Source: Zygnema circumcarinatum SAG 698-1b (taxonomy: Eukaryota; Plantae; Zygnematophyceae). Taken from it: a stretch of 64,000 nt of DNA. The stretch is from assembly GCA_037447605.1 (NCBI GenBank), contig CM074821.1, forward strand, positions 372,001 through 436,000. The letters are read 5' to 3'. The notes beneath the pieces are model-generated. The model was not told the origin of the DNA. It made no database searches and saw nothing but the letters and a program-made list of their open reading frames with translations. Numbering within the stretch: the first letter of the stretch is position 1; the number at the start of each line of letters is the position of its first letter. A program made the position numbers and the translations under genes. This document shows, piece by piece, positions 10,601 through 22,400 of this stretch.

Positions 10601-11490
10601 GAAGTGAGTCACATGTGAAACTCGAACAGTTCCACTGTCACAGTTTCTGTTTCGAACTGAAATCATGGAAACGGCAAGAAACTGAAGGGGTTTGTTCTCT
10701 TTTTAAAGTGGTCTTTGGGTAGAGCTTATGGTCTGTTACCTTTTCTTTTCATTTTGAGGTTTTGAATGCAGGAGCCAAAACCCTAATGTTAAAATAATCG
10801 CTGTGGAGCCAGCAGAGAGCGCTGTGCTTTCAGGCGGTCCCCCGGGCCCTCACAAAATTCAAGGAACGGGAGCGGGAATTATTCCTCCCCTTTATAAGCG
10901 CGATGTCATCGACGAAGTGTTTGCGGTAAATTCGGAGCATTTCCTCTCAATGAGAGAGCGAGGAAATGTTGAGATTCCTTCTTCTTGAAGGAAGGAATGC
11001 TTTTATTTTCATTTTTTATTTTTTTAAGAGTAGAACTGGTGATCTGTGTCAACTGTTCTATGTCGAGAACTGAAGCTCGTTCCGTGGTTTCTATGTGGCA
11101 GGTAAAGAGTGATGACGCAATAGAAACGGCGAAGCAAATGGCTCTCCAGGAAGGCCTCATTGTGGGCATCTCCTCAGGTAAAGACTTCACAACCTCCAGC
11201 CCAAAAAAATTGAAATTTTATAAAAAAAGATTCACTTTATTTTTTTCTTTTTTTTAAGCAGATATGATCCATCTGATTCTTATGATCGAATTCAGTCTTA
11301 TTCTTTTACAGGCGCTGCTGTGAAGGCCTCTTTAGAGATCGCCAAGAGGGAGGAGAACAAGGGGAAGCTCATAGTGACTCTGCTCCCGAGCCTGGGCGAG
11401 AGGTACCTCTCCACGGAACTTTTCGCGGAGGCCAGAAAGGAGGCGGACATGCTGCAGGTCGAGGACGAGTACACGCATGTTCCGTTTTGA
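7622..11490 (+). CDS. OASTL: O-acetylserine (thiol) lyase / cysteine synthase
   Basis: Exons are 7622-7649 (tentative first exon, phase-compatible), 8568-8676, 8899-8984, 9710-9932, 10401-~10604, ~10771-10924, ~11102-11178 and ~11311-11490. Motifs: [13 protein letters not shown] (PLP Lys), [47 protein letters not shown]. Confidence 0.95.
9259..9625. repeat. (CCCCT)n / (CCCTCC)n intronic polypyrimidine tract
   Basis: Directly visible low-complexity tract in cysteine synthase intron 3. Similar R/Y tracts fill many introns and UTRs in the window. Confidence 0.95.
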
Positions 11491-11498
11491 GTGTTGTT

Positions 11499-11620
11499 CA
11501 ACAACATGTTGTTCTACAACCAAGGTCGCATGGGTGGCCAACAACATGTTGTTCTACACACAAGATCGCATGGTTGGCCAACAACATGTTGTTCTACATG
11601 CAAGATCGCATGGGTAGCCG
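11499..11620. repeat. 40-bp tandem repeat x3 just 3' of the cysteine synthase stop codon
   Basis: The unit is caacaacatgttgttctacannncaag(g/a)tcgcatgg(g/t)t(g/a)gc and contains the perfect palindrome AACAACATGTTGTT. Confidence 0.85.
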
Positions 11621-12350
11621 CATCTCGCTCATGTGCTCTAGGCGTTTGGGCATTGTTGGGCGTAGACATTGTAACATTGTACATAGATAGCAACAGGCAT
11701 CACGTGGTGTTGCATGTTGGGATGTTGTTTTTAAAGGGGGCATGAAGTTAGGTTTCGTTGTTGTAGAGGGCTTGGATGGGCTTAGGATGCGACTGAGGAT
11801 GTTGTTGTGTTGGGATGGCGACAAGTTTTCATGTTTTCATGTACAATGTTTACCTTAACTGATTTCTTTTTTGGGAAGAAAATAAGATGAACTGTGAATC
11901 TCGGAGGCTGCGGCTCCATGTGTCGCCTCTGTTAAACTGTAATTGGAGCCTTTTATTCTGCACGCGATCACGTGACATGGAACACTGGCCCTGAATTAAA
12001 GGGCGGGAAAACAGCTGGCGCGATAGATCCAATCCGCGACTGACACGTGATTACCGCCAATCCGCTCGTCCTCCGGAAGCAGGGATTCCGTACATTGACA
12101 CATTGGGATGTGACAAAACTTGGGTCACTTCCGCCAATCAGGGACCATCTACAGATCTTCTTGACTCGACAGTATCGCCACGTCACTAATGCAGATTCGA
12201 TTATCTTCGTATTAATTCGAATCGGAAAATAATGCGATACGCCGTACTGCCCACGAACCAATCAGAGGCCGCTGCTGGCCGTCAAGAAGTTGTCGGAACT
12301 CGGAGTCGCGAGCTCTGGTCGGTTACCGTACAGGCTGGCTTGTTTTCGTA

Positions 12351-13047
12351 CAGTGGGGGGTCCTCATATTTTCCACCCTGTACAGTGCGCTCCCAAGAAA
12401 TTCGCCCCGATTTTGCCGAAACCACCTTTTTGTACGGTAACTGAATGTTAGCCGTACTATCCGTACTATTCGTACGAGTTGTAGAATCTTCCTACAGGTG
12501 TCCGTCGTAAGAGGCGCTCGCTCCTCTCCTCGTCTGCTCCATATGCCATCCACATCAACCATCTACACGGCAAGCATATTGACTTTAAGAGGTGTTTTGG
12601 TATTGAGCGTCGTCCAAGTCGCACAAGGCACCCGTTTTGTTTCATTGCCGTGGAAGCCCGTCAGCCCCCAGCCTAATATTAACTCACTCATTTACTTTAT
12701 CATGGGTGTGCTCTTCCACTATTGATAATTATAGCATCATCAATGAGACGAACAACGCGACGAGCGGAAAACTACGTGTATGCGATACGATACGGCATGA
12801 TACGATATATACTGCACGATACGGTACGATACGATACGGTATTAGACGATACGATACGACACGGTACGATAGATACTGAACGATATGGTACGATGCGATA
12901 CGAAATACGATACGATACATACGGACAAACATGAACTCTAACACGGTACCGAAAGCCTATTGGTAACACGAACCTTATATTTGCAAAATCAATATTTTCG
13001 CCCCTTTTTGGCCAATACCATGGCGAAAATATGAGGACCCCCCACTG
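12351..13047. mobile_element. Tc1/mariner-type MITE
   Basis: Perfect 23-bp TIR CAGTGGGGGGTCCTCATATTTTC, with TA on both flanks. The interior has a (TACGA)n-like simple repeat and no transposase ORF. Confidence 0.85.
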
Positions 13048-13585
13048 TACAGTAACTGGCCGGTTACCGTACAAAAATGAAAGGCGTCAAGAACGCCCTC
13101 TCATCGCATGTGCGACATCGTATGACGTCGTGGTATGCCTATGGTACTCGAGTCGCACTATGGAAAAAAGTGTCGCACTATGGGAATCAATAATTTTCTT
13201 TCTCACGAATTTCGGAATTCGGAGGTCCCATTCGACCCCAGTTTGAAGCCTTGAAACTTGGGCTGGTCAGCGCCAACCAGAGATAGCCACGTAGCATAGC
13301 TACGTCATCACATTCTGAGTGGCGTCAGCCACACGTTTCAGTTGCTTCAGCCAATCGAATGCACGCCGTACTGTATGAATTTGACACGTGATATCAACGA
13401 CTTTCTGAAAGTCAACCCGTGGGCTCCGATTTGATTTGTCGGGCGGCTCTGCGGGGGAGAGGGGCGTTCGGGAGGAGGGAAGGGCATCCATCCATGGGGG
13501 AGGAGGGGCAGGCAGTCGGCCGCTGGAGGGAGAGGGACAGGGGGGGGGGGAGGGGGAGGGAGAGGGGGAGGGGGANNNNNNNNNN

Positions 13586-16218
13586 GGAGAGAGAGAGGGA
13601 GAGGGAGAGGGAGTGGGAGAGGGAGAGGGAGTGGGTGAGGGGAGGAGAGGAAGAGGTTGAGGGCGAGAGAGAGGGAGTGAGAGGGGAAAATAAAGGAAAA
13701 GGGGGGGCGAAGGAGGGATAGGAAGGGGAAGAAAAAGAGAGGGAGGGTGAGATAGGGATAGGGAGAGGGAGAGTGGGAGTCGATGATTGGTACGTTTCGG
13801 CAGAAAGCGTTGGTGCTGCTGACTGGCTTGTGCTTCGCCGCGCTGATCCCATCCATCCTGCAGAGTTGGGGGAGACGGGGCTCCTTGGAGGAGTTGAAGG
13901 TGGGGGCGACGCCGAGAGGAGGTAGGGGGGGGAGAGGAGAGAGAGGAGAGGGAGGTAGGGAGGTGGAGAGGCAATGGAGGGGGAGGGAGGAGAGAGGGGG
14001 TGGGGATGGCAGGCGGAAGGAGTGGGAAGGCCTCTGTCTCTCTCTCTCTCACCTTTCTCTCTTTTTCTCGCCTTTGAATCTCTCGGAGGGTTTTCTGAAC
14101 CTTTGTTTGCGATTGCAAGCCCCATACTTTCTTGAGCATGCAAAAGAAACACAACGCTTATCTTTGAGCACATCCATAAAATGGAAGAGAGAGGGGGGGG
14201 AGGTTGGAGACGGGAGGGCCTCTTATGGAAGAGTGGAAGAGACGAAATGGGGGGAGGGAGGACGGGGGGAGCGGGAGGGGGTTGGTGAGGAGGAAGGGGA
14301 GAAGGTGGGGGGGGAGGGGGTGAGGGGAAAGGGGAGAGGGGGTAATTCAGCTACTTCGTAAACTTTCCTTCTGTATTTGAATATAAGATCGACTGTCTTT
14401 GTAGGAGGAGATAATGGTGTAGAGACGACTGGGGAGGGTGAGAAAGGGTCGACTGCCGAGCCGTTGGAGGGGGAGAAAGGGGAGGTGGGCAGCCCTGCCC
14501 TCTCGCCTCTTAGAGCTTTTCACAAGCCTTGGTACTTTGACCTGATAGCCAATTGAATGGAGAGGTAGGTACTCCTGTTGTATCAGATGTACCCTTATTG
14601 TGTTAACTTTTGCTCATTTTCTAATGGAAAATCTCCCATCCCGCTCTCATCTTCCTCATCTCCCTCATCTCACTCGCTTGTTCTCTTTCTTCCTCTCTTT
14701 CTCGCTTTCGCTCTCCCTCTGTCTCTTTCTTTCCCTCTCCTCGTCCTCATTTTCCCCTCTCTCTCTTTCTCCCGCTCTCTCCAACTCCCTCCCCTCCCCT
14801 CCCCCTCCACCTTTCCCCCAACTCCCTCCTGCTTTTTCCAGCCCCCTGCCTCCCCCTCCCCCTCCCTCTCGCTCTCCCTCCCCAGCGGAGAGTCAGCNNN
14901 NNNNNNNGGAGAGAGAGAGGGAGAGGGAGAGGGAGTGGGAGAGGGAGAGGGAGTGGGTGAGGGAGGAGAGGAAGAGGTTGAGGGCGAGAGAGAGGGAGTG
15001 AGAGGGGAAAATAAAGGAAAAGGGGGGGCGAAGGAGGGATAGGAAGGGGAAGAAAAAGAGAGGGAGGGTGAGATAGGGATAGGGAGAGGGAGAGTGGGAG
15101 TCGATGATTGGTACGTTTCGGCAGAAAGCGTTGGTGCTGCTGACTGGCTTGTGCTTCGCCGCGCTGATCCCATCCATCCTGCAGAGTTGGGGGAGACGGG
15201 GCTCCTTGGAGGAGTTGAAGGTGGGGGCGACGCCGAGAGGAGGTAGGGGGGGGAGAGGAGAGAGAGGAGAGGGAGGTAGGGAGGTGGAGAGGCAATGGAG
15301 GGGGAGGGAGGAGAGAGGGGGTGGGGATGGCAGGCGGAAGGAGTGGGAAGGCCTCTGTCTCTCTCTCTCTCACCTTTCTCTCTTTTTCTCGCCTTTGAAT
15401 CTCTCGGAGGGTTTTCTGAACCTTTGTTTGCGATTGCAAGCCCCATACTTTCTTGAGCATGCAAAAGAAACACAACGCTTATCTTTGAGCACATCCATAA
15501 AATGGAAGAGAGAGGGGGGGGAGGTTGGAGACGGGAGGGCCTCTTATGGAAGAGTGGAAGAGACGAAATGGGGGGAGGGAGGACGGGGGGAGCGGGAGGG
15601 GGTTGGTGAGGAGGAAGGGGAGAAGGTGGGGGGGGAGGGGGTGAGGGGAAAGGGGAGAGGGGGTAATTCAGCTACTTCGTAAACTTTCCTTCTGTATTTG
15701 AATATAAGATCGACTGTCTTTGTAGGAGGAGATAATGGTGTAGAGACGACTGGGGAGGGTGAGAAAGGGTCGACTGCCGAGCCGTTGGAGGGGGAGAAAG
15801 GGGAGGTGGGCAGCCCTGCCCTCTCGCCTCTTAGAGCTTTTCACAAGCCTTGGTACTTTGACCTGATAGCCAATTGAATGGAGAGGTAGGTACTCCTGTT
15901 GTATCAGATGTACCCTTATTGTGTTAACTTTTGCTCATTTTCTAATGGAAAATCTCCCATCCCGCTCTCATCTTCCTCATCTCCCTCATCTCACTCGCTT
16001 GTTCTCTTTCTTCCTCTCTTTCTCGCTTTCGCTCTCCCTCTGTCTCTTTCTTTCCCTCTCCTCGTCCTCATTTTCCCCTCTCTCTCTTTCTCCCGCTCTC
16101 TCCAACTCCCTCCCCTCCCCTCCCCCTCCACCTTTCCCCCAACTCCCTCCTGCTTTTTCCAGCCCCCTGCCTCCCCCTCCCCCTCCCTCTCGCTCTCCCT
16201 CCCCAGCGGAGAGTCAGC
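13586..16218. repeat. ~1.31-kb tandem duplication bounded by N gaps (13586-14897 vs 14908-16218)
   Basis: The copies are essentially identical; I saw a 1-bp indel. Each copy begins immediately after a 10-N gap. Confidence 0.9.
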
Positions 16219-18597
16219 ACTGCATGTGGCCGGCCAGTCTCCCGAAGGGAAGGGAACGCCCACGCGTACGCCCTTCGAGGCTCCTCCCTCCCTCCCCCTC
16301 CTGCGCGCTGTGAGTCCAAAACTACGAGCTACTCCTCCTCCTCCTCTCCTCCTCCTCTCCTCCTCCTCTCCTCCTCCTCTCCTCCTCTCCTCCTCCTTTC
16401 CTCCTCCTCGCCTCCTCCTCCTCCTCCTCCTCCTCCCCTCCTGCTCCTCCTCCTCCTCCTCTCCTCCTCCTCCACTCCTCCTCCTCCTATCCTCCTCCTC
16501 CTCTCCTCCTCCTCCTCCTCCTCCTCCTCCTCTCCTCCTCCTCTCCTCCTCCTCCTCGCCTCCNNNNNNNNNNTCCTCCTCCCCCTCCTCCTCACCCCCT
16601 CCTCCTCTCCCCCTCCTCCTCTCCTCCTCCTCCTCTCCTCCCCAAAGCAGGAAGCAGTGGTAGGCTCAGCCCCTCGGCCCCTCCGACATGCTTCTAAGGA
16701 CCTTTCCGAATTCCGATGCAGGACAACCTTCGGGGAGCAATTTGCCTTGTGGGCGGTGCGAGGGAATTTGAACTGACGGGGCCGTCCATCAGAAAGCACC
16801 TTCTTGGAGCTTTCAAAAATGCGGACGTGTTTGTGAATATGGGACTCGATGAGAACAGCTACAAGCTCATGATGTTCAGAAAAGTTCCCAATCTTGCAAA
16901 AGTGCGAATCTTTCCGCAGTCGCCGATTAGTGTTGGGCCCGAAGTAAGAGCAGTAAGTGCGGTAAATTCGCCGAATGGGATTCAGGTATGGAATGGTTCT
17001 GCTTTTCATCTGGAGATAACCCTCTTGATAGCTTCTTTTTTTCGCTTTTTATAAGCCTAACTGAACGAGCATCATAAACTGGCAAAGGGTCAGCTTCATA
17101 TATTGTGTCTATCTGTGCCCAATTCAGATTTCTGCAGAGTTTTAACTGAACTTGCAGTTGCTGGACCTTTTGTTGCAGGGCATATTGCAATATTTCAACC
17201 TTGTGGAAGGGTGCCTTGACTTGATTGATAGCTACAGCTTAATGCATTCTGTGAAATATGAATGGATTATTCGAACTCGAGTAGACTCCTTTTGGACCGG
17301 ACCTCCCCCTCCCCTCTTTCTGCAAGAAGGGATCTATGTAGTGCCCAAAGGCTCAAGGTTTGGAGGTTTGAATGACCGCTTTGGGTTCGGAAACTACAAT
17401 GTTAGTCAAATTGCTCTTAGTCGACTAACCATGCTCGACGAGTTGCGCAAAGCGGGCATGTCGAGACTCAACTCAGAGAAAGCATTCCGAGGGCAACTAA
17501 GTGTTCGGAAAATCAAGGCTTCATTACAGGAATTCGATTTTTGCATAGTTTCCAGACGAACATATTCCTGGTTTGCCAAAGATAGGCTCGTTCCTACCGT
17601 TGCTATGTCCTCTAAAGGTCCTATGAATGGGGCTAAATGCAGGCCCTGCACTCCACTTGTTTATGCAGGGAAATCAAAAGAATTTTTAAAGCAATGTAGC
17701 TGGGATTGGGGGTGGCCTGGAGGAAACCCTAATTTAGAGCTCTGCTATGCACAGGGCCCCTGGGAAGAAGGCTGGGAAGTAATCTTTGATCGAATAGTGG
17801 GCACAGAACTCGCTGCAGAACGAAAGGAAACTAAAGTTCAAACTTTGGACGATTGTATTGAGAAGTTTGATATGCTGAGGAGAGTCTCCGGGATGTATGA
17901 AGGGCCTTCAGGAAGAGTAGTCTGCCGATTATCGGAGTTGGGACCATTCAAAGTCTTAGCAAAGCGCGTTCCCATCTACATGAGCCAACTGGTTAAGTCG
18001 AGTATTGTATATTCCTTCGAGTTCAGCAGAAACTGGTCAGTGGAATTGCAGATCTATTCACTGACCGAGTGTTCCATCTATCTGTTTCAGAATGATTTTT
18101 CAAAGGTGGCTATGATTCAGGAGACCCCTGCAGTCTTCAAAAACGGAGTCGTGTGGGACGTTGAGAAGAGAGAGAGGGCGGAGTCTGCTGCTCTCCCGCT
18201 GCCCCCTCCGATGGCGAAGAGATTCGAAACCCTAAACTCTGCAATGGCAGCGTTGGGTCACGAAACCGTTGACTTATTGATGCTGCGAGTGACTGAAGAC
18301 AGTCTGCCTGCTGCAATGTCTATGCTCTCCGGTTGGAAAGGGAAGGAAAGGGGAAGCACAGAGGGAGAGGGAGAGGGAGAGGGAGGGGGAGAGGAAGAGG
18401 GAGTGGAGAGGGGAAGAGAGGCGCCTGTTTGTCAAATAGTTGTGAGATTAGAGATGGGCGTCAATGGAACCGTCAGAAGTGAAGTGAGTAGTGTGAGAGA
18501 GGTGTTGGAGGAGGTGGGCCTCTTCCTGGTCCATTGCAGGGGGCGGTTTGGGGGGGAGACATGCGTCTTTGTAAGAGGAAGGCCTTGTAGAAACTGA
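15104..18597 (+). CDS. Plant DUF7796-like type II membrane protein with extra C-terminal methyltransferase-like (Methyltransf_21/22-like) domain
   Basis: Phase-consistent exons are 15104-15242, 15726-15852, 16207-16309, 16722-16985 and 17179-18597; the first three are less certain. It has an N-terminal hydrophobic anchor (KALVLLTGLCFAALIPSIL). Family motifs: AICLVGGAREFELTGPSI, NSPNGIQGILQYFNLVEGC, WIIRTRVD, GGLNDRFG, AKCRPC, WEEGWE.IFD. Confidence 0.8.
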
Positions 18598-18629
18598 GAG
18601 CCTTTACTTTTTAATTTTTAGTTTAATGG

Positions 18630-18667
18630 CAATGGTTGCCAACCATTGGAGCGTCCAACCACTGCCA
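18630..18667. repeat. Dispersed ~40-bp palindromic motif, copy 2
   Basis: CAATGGTTGCCAACCATTGGAGCGTCCAACCACTGCCA, about 30 bp after the stop codon at 18597; it matches 379-417. Confidence 0.75.
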
Positions 18668-19441
18668 TTGCCTTGTCCAGTGGTTGCCGATCCAAAGGTC
18701 TGACCTCTGCATGTCTGCTAACAAGGTGGCTTTGTGTGACATGCGTCACACTCTTGGAGGAGCAAATTTGGATACATGGACATGCTGTCTTTTTTTTCTT
18801 TTTTTGGATCAGATATTGTCTAGTGAGGGCATGTCAGAGAGGCTGAGGAGTCAACATTAGATTATGTTTTATGCCATTGACGATGGCCTCAATGCGACCA
18901 AACTCACAGAGCTCCAATNNNNNNNNNNAAAGAAAGCGAGGGGCAAGGAGAGGGAGGCAGGGATATAAGGAAGAGAGGGGGGGAGAGAGGGAGGGGAGAA
19001 AAGGGAGAGAAAGGAGGGAGAGGGAGAGATCGGGAGGCAAAGGGGGAAAGAGAGAGGTGAAGGGAGAAGTGTGATCCTTGCGGGTTTGCTACAAACTAAC
19101 CATAGAAGAAAGAAAAAAGGCTCCCGAGACTAATGCCTTCGACATGCACCAGTGGGACAGACAACCAGGTGTCAGAACGTAGGAGCGTTCACTGGACACA
19201 GAGCCAAGTGTAAGAAACTTCTTTTGAATTGTGTAAAACGGCAAAATTGGTTGCCAGAAATGATAGTTTCACATAGCAAGTGCCTTCTACTGCGTTACTA
19301 CCTTAGCGACTCAGCTACCCCCTAGAGAGCCGCCTGTGCAGCCCTCGCCACTTCTGCCCTTGCATAAAGCAGCAAGAAAATAATCTACAGTAAGCTTGAG
19401 TAGCCCGTAACCCCAGGCTGCCACCTCCTCAAGGACTGCTC

Positions 19442-22400
19442 TCACAGCTCATCATGCTCCTGCGTACAGACAGACAGACAGACACACACAATCAGACATG
19501 AAGCTCCCCACGGTGGGCATACAAAATGACAGCACTGTCAGATTACTCTTGATACAGTGTGTCACAGCTGGGAAAGGAGCACAACACAACCTTGATAAAA
19601 ACACACCGTTGTCAATGTATCAAAGGAAAAGTTCAATCGTCCTACTCAAGCATAGTACAATTTCCTTCTAGACTCTGCATGAGAATCTCTACACACTCGC
19701 AGCCTTCACAGTTTCTGTGTGCCAATCATTCACTTCACTTCACAGGCAACGTCAACCGCTCTACTTTCATAGCGTTCAATGCTCGATAAGTTCCGTGCCT
19801 GAATGTAGCTCCGTCATCTAAGCAGTTGAAAGGTCGTTTTAACAATGGTTGTTAAAAATTCAGCTTTCGAGGAGACAGATTCATGAGAAGGGGCTTACAT
19901 CTGATGGAAGCTCCTCGTCATCTAAGTCGTCTGCAGCAGCCGCATCTTCCTCCCCATCCTCCGGCTCCTGCACATCACGGTCAATCACCTAATTAGGACG
20001 AAGTAGCCAATCACATAAAGAAGAAATAGTTGGAAGGAATTTCTTATCAAAAAATGAAGGTGCTCAGCACCAGAAATACAGTGACCGAGGAAGTAAAGAC
20101 AGGAAGTAAAGGGTAAGACAAAAAAACGCAAGACGACACAAAAAAGGCTTTCCTAGGCAAAATGAAAAACGACAGAGACAAGGAGAACGAGAAGATAAAG
20201 AAGAAAAAACACGCAGTAAGCATGCAAAGAGACTACTGTATATAATAACCAGGTTGCAGGATTCCATGCAGTCACACAAATCAGATTCTAACTGGAAAAA
20301 CGTGAAAAAGTGAACTCCCAGAGCATAACTACTATAAATTTGATTTAGTGGAGCTACCTCGAGGTTTTTCACATTCAACTCAAATCCTACATGCCTAACT
20401 GCAGTGCTGTCAGTACTCTACCCTCAGCCCGCCAGCCGCTACCTCACTTGCTCTTATCACAGCACTAACAGCCAGCAATATAGAATTTGGAATACCCTTC
20501 GATCTGCAATTTGTGTCAACTCCCAAGTTATTTTTCTAATACTTTAAAATTCCATCCGATGCCACAAATGGCCAGGCTATCCGGATATAGTCTGCTCGAT
20601 TCATAAGCCATTCAAGCAAAACCAATGAGCAGAAGCAGTGCTTAAAGCAGATAATGGGAGGACAACTGCACATTAGTCATCACTCACCAGCTCCTCATCC
20701 CCATCTCTCTCTGCCTCAGCTTCCGACTTTTTCCTCTCCTCCTGCATTCACGATCAGGAGAATTTCGGATCAGTTAAACCGCTTAAACGACACATCAACT
20801 TGGACTTCAGATTAGAAATTCCTTTCGATAACCCAAACGCTGGAGGGTAACCAAATGCACCATGCTTAACAACATTCTATACCTTGGGCGACAATAGACA
20901 TTCTCAGCAACACAGTGCAAATATCTAGATGATAACATCCATTTGTACATTGAACAATAAAGTAGCAGCTCACCTCTTCCGCTGCTTCCTCTACTGACTT
21001 GGCAGCCTGTACCTTCTCCTTCTCAGCCTGCAACTCCAGAGCAATCACTTTCAAACTTTAATTCATCGGCAATTCCAAAATGTGATTACAAAATTTTCGA
21101 CTGTAGCTAAACATGAGAATTCAGAAAGCTTTAGATCAAGTTTTAATCAACTCACGTCCTTAAACTTGCCCCATGTCTCACTTCGGAATGCCTCCGCTTC
21201 GCTCTCATCGTCTGTGAGAATGATGTTATCGAAAATAGAGCCGGCCTTGACCTGCCCATCCACACGGAAAAAACAATCACTATCAGCAGCATACATAACA
21301 CAGAATAAAGTCAAGTACAAAAGAGAATAGAATATAAACTTCTCAACGCAATGCAAATTGAGTGCTACTCAGGACTTCCAATTACCTGCCATAGCTCAAA
21401 GCCAACATATTTCATTGTTGGAAGTACGTACACCTCAGGATCATCAAAATAATCTGCAGTGATGACAAAACACACAGAAGTCAAAACAGTCTGTAGGAAT
21501 TGGTGTACACTGCCTGATGCAACATGAAAGACTTAAGTCCCACGAGAGGTTTTCATAAATGATGTCCTACCTGGATTATCAATCTCTGGAGCGACCCACT
21601 TGCCCTTGTACTCAGGGTTCTTAACTTTCTGCATACAACAAATCCACAGAATCATGATCGGTTAAACAACATAGAAAAACAACTTCCAAACCATTAAGAG
21701 GAAGAGAAAACTATGATGATTTCATTTCATAATGATTTTCAAAATTCCTGAATTCGGCAAACATGAATCGACAGATTCCGCATACTGACCTTAGGCTTCC
21801 ATTCGCCCTTATATTCCGGATTGGGGATTGCGGGGGGCTCCCATTCTCCATCATCTTCATCATTCCAGTCATCGGGCTGTACAGACAACACAAGATTCAA
21901 CACCACTGTGAAAATCGCTTTGCCAAATCACGAACCAATCCCCCGAGCCAACGGCTGACAAGTTCAAGGAGGACATCATAACACAACGGAATTCAAAACA
22001 CTTTCAAACTCCCAGAAACGAAGTATACTGAAGTCCTCACCTTCTTGGCCTCTGGGTCCACAATCTCGGCAGGAATATCATCATATCCCTGCAAAGGGCG
22101 AAAACTAGGCTGTGTCAGTTGGAAGGAAGGAACACAGTCGCCCTCTGTCACAATAACTGGTGAACTACAGCAATTCAGCGCGAATACATAGGAACAATTA
22201 GCTCGCTAACAACTGTAGCGCCCTCACCTCCGGCTTCTTGTCCTCTGGATCATCCATGTACTCCTCGTCAACCCAGTCAGCGGGCTGCATACAAAGTCAG
22301 CACCAGGGAAGTGAGCAAAGCTAACCTGAACTGGCAACTGAACTCCACTATTGCTTCCTGCCAGATTCTGATACAATAATGTCCTCAGTTGTATGGCACC

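Noticed and set aside
8880-10607. 401-aa and 523-aa ORFs
   Set aside because: They read through intronic (CCCCT)n and (CT)n tracts. The real coding parts are the cysteine synthase exons.
11499-11620. CRISPR-like appearance (palindromic repeat with short variable segments)
   Set aside because: The whole 40-bp unit is repeated with no unique spacers, the context is eukaryotic and there are no cas genes.
13300-15494. Duplicated minus-strand ORFs of 240-280 aa
   Set aside because: They are low-complexity antisense frames of the duplicated DUF7796 5' region and cross N gaps.
18834-18920. Short coding-looking fragment next to an N gap
   Set aside because: Too short, with no motif and no partner exon identified.
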